From the NCBI GenBank assembly GCA_965223505.1, contig CBDCWP010000034.1, positions 128,001 to 192,000 of the forward strand: a DNA stretch of 64,000 bases, read 5' to 3'. Position 1 is the first letter of the stretch. Each line of letters starts with the position of its first letter. The position numbers and the translations under genes were made by a program. Under the pieces are notes generated by a model. That model was not told where the DNA came from. It made no database searches and saw nothing but the letters and a program-made list of their open reading frames with translations. The DNA comes from Planctomycetota bacterium (lineage in GTDB: Bacteria > Planctomycetota > PLA2 > JAEUHO01). Below are positions 58,811 through 64,000 of this stretch, piece by piece.

Positions 58811-60199
58811 GTGTGTAGTCCGCTCCTGGCCCCGTTCGTCCTGCTGGTCGCATCGCTGGTGGTGACCACACCGCGCCCCGCCTGCGCCGAGGACGATCTC
58901 GAGGCCCGCCTCACGAAGCTTCGCACGTGGCAGGACGGGGAGCTTCGCAAGCAGCTGAAGAAGGCGCTCGCCGCGACGGACGTCACGTTCGCGGGCCGGG
59001 TGCTCAACGAGCTGGATCGAATCCTGCCCGATGTCGGCACCGCCGACGAGCGCACGGCGCTCGAAGCCCTCGAGGAGAACGACCGCAAGTCGCTCAAGGC
59101 CCGGCCCGGCCTGGAGAAGACCTACGCGAAGTATGCCGCCGCCGCCGCGAAGCGGCTCGCCGCCCTGGCGTCGTGGTCGCAGGAGAACGAGCGCGCCGAC
59201 GACGCCGCATCGCTGGCGCGCGAGGCGACTCGCTACGACCCGGACCAGTCGGAGGCGCGTGGCGTGCTCGGCCAGCAGAAGGTCAAGGGGTGGGGCTGGG
59301 TCGAGACCCAGCGCGCCCTGAGGCTTCGCAAGGGGCTTCTGCCGCTGGGGGACGAGTTCCTCCCGCGCGCCAAGGTCGTCCCCAAGCGCCGCCACTGGGA
59401 GCACGCGTGGGACGTCGAGTCCGACCACTGGCACATTCGAAGCAACCTCGAGCTTGACAGGATCTTCGAGCTACGGGACCTGCTCGAAGCGCACTATCGC
59501 GGATGGATGTCGGACTGGGACGGGTACCTGCCCATGCGCGTGAACCCGCCGCGCTTCCGCGTGTACATCTTCGCGACGAAGCAGCAGTACGAGTCCTACC
59601 TGCAGGAGAACGACTCGGGTCACATTCGCAACGTCCCCGGGCAGTACTCGCCTCACCACAAGCTCGCGACGTTCTTCGACGTCGAGGTGCTGCGCGCGAA
59701 GGGGCAGCGCGTCAGCAGCCTGACCGAGCTGATGCTGCACGAGTGCACGCACCAGCTCATGCACGAGAAGCTGGACGGGCACTTCGCGCACTTCGACACG
59801 CCGTCTTCGCCCAACTTCTGGCTGCACGAAGGGCTGTGCGAGTACTACGGCATGCACACGCTGCAGAAGGGCCGGCTCGTGCTCGACCGCAAGGCGATTC
59901 GCAAGATGGTCCGAACGGGATTTCTGCGCAAGCGACTGGCTCGCGCGCCTGCGGCCTCGGACCTGATCGCACTCACGCGGCAGGCGTATCAGTCCGCGGA
60001 CGGCGAAACGCGACAGATGAACTACGTCGTGAGCGGTTTCCTGTGCATGCATCTCACGGAGGAGCACCGGTCGGGGTTCCGCAAGCTGCTCCGAGCGGCC
60101 TACTGTGAGGAGAACACACCGGACCTCGTCGAGAAGCTCATGGGCACGGATCCTGCCGAGCTCGACCGGTCTCTACGGTCGTTCCTCGCGAAGCTCTGA
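58811..60199 (+). CDS. Secreted DUF1570-like / MA-clan metallopeptidase-like protein
   Basis: GGAGG before the GTG; signal peptide; ESDHWHIRSN, LHECTHQ (HExxH) and WLHEGLCEY motifs. Confidence 0.75.
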   Translation: MCSPLLAPFVLLVASLVVTTPRPACAEDDLEARLTKLRTWQDGELRKQLKKALAATDVTFAGRVLNELDRILPDVGTADERTALEALEENDRKSLKARPGLEKTYAKYAAAAAKRLAALASWSQENERADDAASLAREATRYDPDQSEARGVLGQQKVKGWGWVETQRALRLRKGLLPLGDEFLPRAKVVPKRRHWEHAWDVESDHWHIRSNLELDRIFELRDLLEAHYRGWMSDWDGYLPMRVNPPRFRVYIFATKQQYESYLQENDSGHIRNVPGQYSPHHKLATFFDVEVLRAKGQRVSSLTELMLHECTHQLMHEKLDGHFAHFDTPSSPNFWLHEGLCEYYGMHTLQKGRLVLDRKAIRKMVRTGFLRKRLARAPAASDLIALTRQAYQSADGETRQMNYVVSGFLCMHLTEEHRSGFRKLLRAAYCEENTPDLVEKLMGTDPAELDRSLRSFLAKL

Positions 60200-60303
60200 T
60201 CGGCCGTCGCGCTTGACGCCGCGCCGGAGGCAACCGTGCCCACGTCGAACCCTACGTTCGAGCTGGTCGTTCCAGCGGCGGACACCGGAGATCGGCTCGG
60301 CGA

Positions 60304-61560
60304 CTAGAGGTCCACGCGCGCGTCGAACAAGAGACTCGGGTCGTTGCGGGGAATCGTCAGCATCAACGTCGAGAACGTGTGCTCGACCTCGCCCTTGAAA
60401 ACCTGCTCGTCGTTCACGGTGATCACGACCTCCTTCGTTGGGTCCACCAACGGCTCGCCCAACAGCACCGACATGCCGGTCACGTCGCCGGATGAATGTT
60501 CGTGCGTGGTGATCTCGATTCGGTTGCCGGGCTTCGCGCGGAACTCGATGAGCGCCTCTTCCTCGGCGCGGGCCCAGTAGATCCAATACATCTGCCGCTT
60601 CCAGTGAAGCACCGGCTGCCACAGGAACGACGCCGGCCGCGGCACCCGGGGGTGCGACGCAAGCCACTTCTGCGAAGGGAGATAGCCCCCTTTGGGCGGC
60701 GCGTGCCCGCGCCCCTCCACGCGGTCGTAGCGGAAATTGAAACCGTCGGGGAAGCGCTTCTTCAGCTCCCGCAGCTTGATGATCGCGAAATCGTTGGACG
60801 CCGGCGGCACGTTCTTGTCGTCACCGCTCTGATAGAGGTGCAGCGGCAGATTGAAGTAGCTCGGCAAGATGCCGCGCTGCACCTCGCTGAACTCCTCGTC
60901 GCTCGGCTTGCGCTTCATGCAGGTGGGTGCGCCCGCGTACGGGCCGACGCCCGCGAAGACGTCGGCATGATGCGCGCCCAGCGTCCATGACCCGTAGCCG
61001 CCCATGCTGTGGCCGCTGATGTAGATCCGATTCGGGTCGATCTTCCAGGTGCGCTTGGCCGCCTCGATGAGCTCCATCACGAACGCCTCGGTGCTCGAGT
61101 CCGTCCAGCCGTGCTCGGTCTTCTCGAGGACCTCGGGGTAGATCCACCCCCAGCCGCCTCCACCCATGCCGACGCTCTCCGCCGAGCCGGAGCCCGCGCC
61201 GCCGCCGTGGAGCCCGATCCACAACGCCTTCGTCGGCTTGCCCGAGACGATGTACTTGCCGCGCTTCTCGCCGTAGAGGTAGTTCGTGCCGGACGCCTCG
61301 AGCTTCGGACCGACCTTCGAAGCCGCCTTGAGCAGGTCCGCGCGCAGCTTCTTCAGCGCGCCCGGTGCGAGCGGCGCCAGCTCCTCGTCCCACTGCTTGC
61401 GCATGTCCTCGCGCGTGCCGAAGTCCGCCTCGATGTACGTCTTGACGAGGCGCTGTAGCGCCTTGCCGCGCGGGGGTTTGCCTTTGCCGGGGGCGGCGGC
61501 GGCCGGATGCACCGACAGCAAGGCCCCTGCGATGAACAACAGCAACGTGCGCCTACCCAT
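60304..61560 (-). CDS. Secreted alpha/beta hydrolase (esterase/peptidase-like)
   Basis: Signal peptide MGRRTLLL; LHGGG, IDPNRIYISGHSMGGYG, DDKNV and GRGH give a Ser-Asp-His triad. Confidence 0.85.
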   Translation of the reverse strand: MGRRTLLLFIAGALLSVHPAAAAPGKGKPPRGKALQRLVKTYIEADFGTREDMRKQWDEELAPLAPGALKKLRADLLKAASKVGPKLEASGTNYLYGEKRGKYIVSGKPTKALWIGLHGGGAGSGSAESVGMGGGGWGWIYPEVLEKTEHGWTDSSTEAFVMELIEAAKRTWKIDPNRIYISGHSMGGYGSWTLGAHHADVFAGVGPYAGAPTCMKRKPSDEEFSEVQRGILPSYFNLPLHLYQSGDDKNVPPASNDFAIIKLRELKKRFPDGFNFRYDRVEGRGHAPPKGGYLPSQKWLASHPRVPRPASFLWQPVLHWKRQMYWIYWARAEEEALIEFRAKPGNRIEITTHEHSSGDVTGMSVLLGEPLVDPTKEVVITVNDEQVFKGEVEHTFSTLMLTIPRNDPSLLFDARVDL

Positions 61561-61605
61561 CGGCGCGGATTGTAGCCGCGGCACCGGCCTTCGTAGGATG
61601 CACCC

Positions 61606-62715
61606 ATGGCCTTCTCGGACCACGACCACGCGACGATGGCGCGCGCCATCGCCCTCGCGCGCAAGGGGCGCTTCGCCGTCGAGCCGAACCCGCCGGTCGG
61701 CTGCGTCATCGAGCAGGATCAAACGGTCGTGGGGGAGGGCTGGCACAAGGGCTACGCGGGTCCGCACGCGGAGATCGAGGCGCTGACGCTCGCCGGCGAG
61801 AGTGCGCATGGCGCGACGGCGTACGTGTCGCTCGAGCCCTGCAATCACGACGGGAAGACGCCGCCGTGCGTCGATGCGCTGATCGCCGCGAAGGTGGAGC
61901 GTGTCGTCTACGGAACGCGCGATCCGAACCCGGAAGCGGCCGATGGCATCGAACGCCTGGTCGCGGCCGGCATCCAGGTCGACGGCCCGCTGCTCGAAGC
62001 GGACGCGCGCGCTCTGCTTGCCCGGTTCGTAGCGTCCCTGGAGTCGGCGCGCCCTTGGATCATCGGCAAGTGGGCCATGTCGCTGGACGGCTCCATCGCG
62101 CCGCGGCGCGGTGGCGGGGGCGCGATCTCGGGACGGCGCGCGCAACTCGTCACCCACGATCTGCGCGGGCGGGTGGACGCGATCGCGGTCGGCATCGGAA
62201 CCGTGCTCGCGGACGATCCGTTGCTCACCTGTCGTCTGGAAGGTGGTCCGGCGGGCGGTGCGCAGCCGATGCGCGTCGTGTTCGACCCGCTCTTGCACAC
62301 GCCGCTGTCGGCGCGCCTGGTGCGCGACGCGCGCTCATCGAGCGTCGTGATCGTCTGCGGAGAGCGCGTCGACGACGCGCGCCGCGACGCGCTCGAAGCC
62401 GCCGGCTGCGAGACCTGGGTGATGGCCGTCGACGATGACGCGCTCGACCTGGATGCCGTCACGCGCGCGCTTCGAACGCGGGGCGTGAGACGGATGTTGG
62501 TGGAGGGTGGCGCGCGCATTCACGGTGCGTTCCTCCGCGCCGGGCTCGTGGATCAGGTGACGGCGTTCGTCGCGCCCCGCATCCTGGGCGGCATCGAGGC
62601 GGTTCCGGCGGTCGTGGACAGTGGATTCGACGACCTAGAGTCCGCGCCCGTGCTCGAAGAGGTGATGTGGCGCAAGGTCGGCGACGACCTGATGTTGCAG
62701 GGGTACGTGCCGTAG
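61606..62715 (+). CDS. ribD: Riboflavin biosynthesis deaminase/reductase
   Basis: PNPPVGC, HAE, LEPCNHDGKTPPC, SLDG, GTVLADDP and VEGG motifs. Confidence 0.96.
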   Translation: MAFSDHDHATMARAIALARKGRFAVEPNPPVGCVIEQDQTVVGEGWHKGYAGPHAEIEALTLAGESAHGATAYVSLEPCNHDGKTPPCVDALIAAKVERVVYGTRDPNPEAADGIERLVAAGIQVDGPLLEADARALLARFVASLESARPWIIGKWAMSLDGSIAPRRGGGGAISGRRAQLVTHDLRGRVDAIAVGIGTVLADDPLLTCRLEGGPAGGAQPMRVVFDPLLHTPLSARLVRDARSSSVVIVCGERVDDARRDALEAAGCETWVMAVDDDALDLDAVTRALRTRGVRRMLVEGGARIHGAFLRAGLVDQVTAFVAPRILGGIEAVPAVVDSGFDDLESAPVLEEVMWRKVGDDLMLQGYVP

Positions 62716-62805
62716 GGGCAGCCCTTGTGGCTGCCCGATTGGGCGACCACGAGGGTCGCCCCTACATCCTGATCGTGATTGGGCGACCACGAGGGTCGCT
62801 CCTAC
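62712..62805. repeat. Cluster of three GTAG-family REP palindromes (REPIN/BIME-like)
   Basis: GTAGGGGCAGCCCTTGTGGCTGCCC (62712-62736); inverted copies GGGCGACCACGAGGGTCGC(C/T)CCTAC at 62741-62765 and 62781-62805. Confidence 0.88.
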
Positions 62806-62867
62806 ATACAACCCGGCGCCGGCCCGCCGTACGGCAGGGGCTCGACCCGCACGCGAGCAACATGCCG

Positions 62868-63998
62868 CTAACGCAGCCGCAAGAGCCGGCGCAACGGGTC
62901 GCTCGCAGGCGCGTCCCAGAACGCCGACGCGAGCGCGTCGGCGCACCTGACCAGGGCGTCCACGCGGCGTTGGGTCGCCGGATCGTCGAGGTCGAGCGAC
63001 TCGATCCAGGCGCCGACGCGGTCGAGTCCGACACGAACGAGCGGGCGCAGCGCATCGTTCTTCCGCAAGGCACGGGCGTATCCGGGGCCGTGCTCGTAGT
63101 AGAGGCGCACCAAGCGCCGCCCGGCTTCGCTGCGTCGAAGCACACGGTCGCGAAACTCACGGAAGCGGTCGACTTCGGGTGAGACCGGATTCTCGTAGAC
63201 CGCGTTGGCGATGAAGCAGTCGAACAACCGGCGGAACGTCTTCCAAAGCTCGACCGCGTCCTTCTTGGCAGCCGGCGTCCACCCCTTGGTGACCGGACCG
63301 ATGTCGTACGTCTGTCCGCCTTCGGTGAGCTTGCCCGTCCCGTCCGCACGGCCGATGACGACGGCTCTCTTCAGTGCCGCGTCGTCGACGGATAGCTCCT
63401 TCTTGAGCGCCTCTGCGGAGGGAAACGTGCCTCGAAGGGTGAGCAGGATCGTGCCGGAGAAGCCCTTGCCGTCCATCTTGCCTTTGATCTTCAACGCGTA
63501 TCGGCCCTTCTCGAGGAAGGGATACTCCTTCAGCGCGGCGTCTTGGATGACCAGGATCATCGACTGCGGGTCGTCGAGTGTGGGGTCGAAGGTGAAGTCG
63601 TCGACGGTCAGCGTCTTCAGCCAGGCGTCGAGCCGCTTGTTCCACTCTTCGTCGCTCTCGTCCTCCTTCCGCTCCAGGTCCTTCTTCTCGAGATTCATCT
63701 TGGCCGCCGCGAAGGCCGCGTAGTAGCGCTCGGCCGGCCCCATGATCTTGCCGAGGTTACCGCCGCAGTGCGCCGTCTCGTCGCCCACGCGTGCCGCCGG
63801 CTTGCCGTCGATGAGCACAGTCGGATCGCCACCGGTGATCTCGAACGTGTTGGATCCGCAGCAGGCCGAGTGGATGCCCTTGTCGCCCTTCCGGGCCGCC
63901 GGTAGGCCGTCGATCGTGACCGTGGGGCTCCCGGAGATGATCGGGCCCTTGACGTCGTGCGGGCACGCGTTGCATCCGTGTGCGCAGTTCGGACAGTG
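62868..63998 (-). CDS. PAAR-domain protein with a C-terminal CFI-box-CTERM domain (partial; start beyond the window)
   Basis: Open from the window end: HGCNACPH, IDGLPAARKGD, HSACC and IDGKPAARVGD.T.HCGG; C-terminal CFIANAVY...EVDRFREFRD..L...GRRLVRLYY..GP. Confidence 0.85.
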   Translation of the reverse strand, partial: HCPNCAHGCNACPHDVKGPIISGSPTVTIDGLPAARKGDKGIHSACCGSNTFEITGGDPTVLIDGKPAARVGDETAHCGGNLGKIMGPAERYYAAFAAAKMNLEKKDLERKEDESDEEWNKRLDAWLKTLTVDDFTFDPTLDDPQSMILVIQDAALKEYPFLEKGRYALKIKGKMDGKGFSGTILLTLRGTFPSAEALKKELSVDDAALKRAVVIGRADGTGKLTEGGQTYDIGPVTKGWTPAAKKDAVELWKTFRRLFDCFIANAVYENPVSPEVDRFREFRDRVLRRSEAGRRLVRLYYEHGPGYARALRKNDALRPLVRVGLDRVGAWIESLDLDDPATQRRVDALVRCADALASAFWDAPASDPLRRLLRLR

Positions 63999-64000
63999 CG

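Noticed and set aside
62712..62805. Possible CRISPR repeats
   Set aside because: The copies are in mixed orientation with 4- and 15-nt gaps and carry the GTAG plus palindrome signature of REPs.

Overview
High-GC bacterial DNA, most likely Planctomycetota (inferred from EF-Tu, L33, RpoA and RpoB sequence features and from the absence of rpmD and rpsD in the operons). The core (17.3-54.4 kb) is the translation and RNA polymerase supercluster: tRNA-Gly, tRNA-Thr, tuf, rpmG, tRNA-Trp, secE, nusG, rplK, rplAJL, rpoBC, rpsLG, fusA and the S10-spc-alpha genes. It is interrupted twice (rplK/rplA and rpsG/fusA), lacks rplC, and has a one-base frameshift in rplO. Main observations: (1) An IS110/IS1111-type element (36288-37646) sits inside a GTAG-family REP palindrome. 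Its empty target (GG core) can be rebuilt and matches intact REPs at 62.7 kb, and it has sub-terminal inverted repeats and a 231-nt structured 3' region with candidate bridge/seek-RNA guides. (2) Two UxxC selenoprotein genes that the ORF track splits at TGA, each followed by a SECIS-like hairpin whose loop starts GGUC. (3) A multi-stem S10 leader, a recurring stop-TCAGTTT-hairpin-U motif inside ribosomal operons, and TANNNT-N6-ATG leaderless-type starts. The flanks carry a tricorn-like protease, a VIT-vWA/kinase/HEAT cluster, a beta-propeller dihaem lipoprotein, pyrE, miaB, ribD, an orphan DUF4255 gene and a PAAR-CFI-box protein. All calls come from reading the sequence by eye; no searches or folding programs were run.
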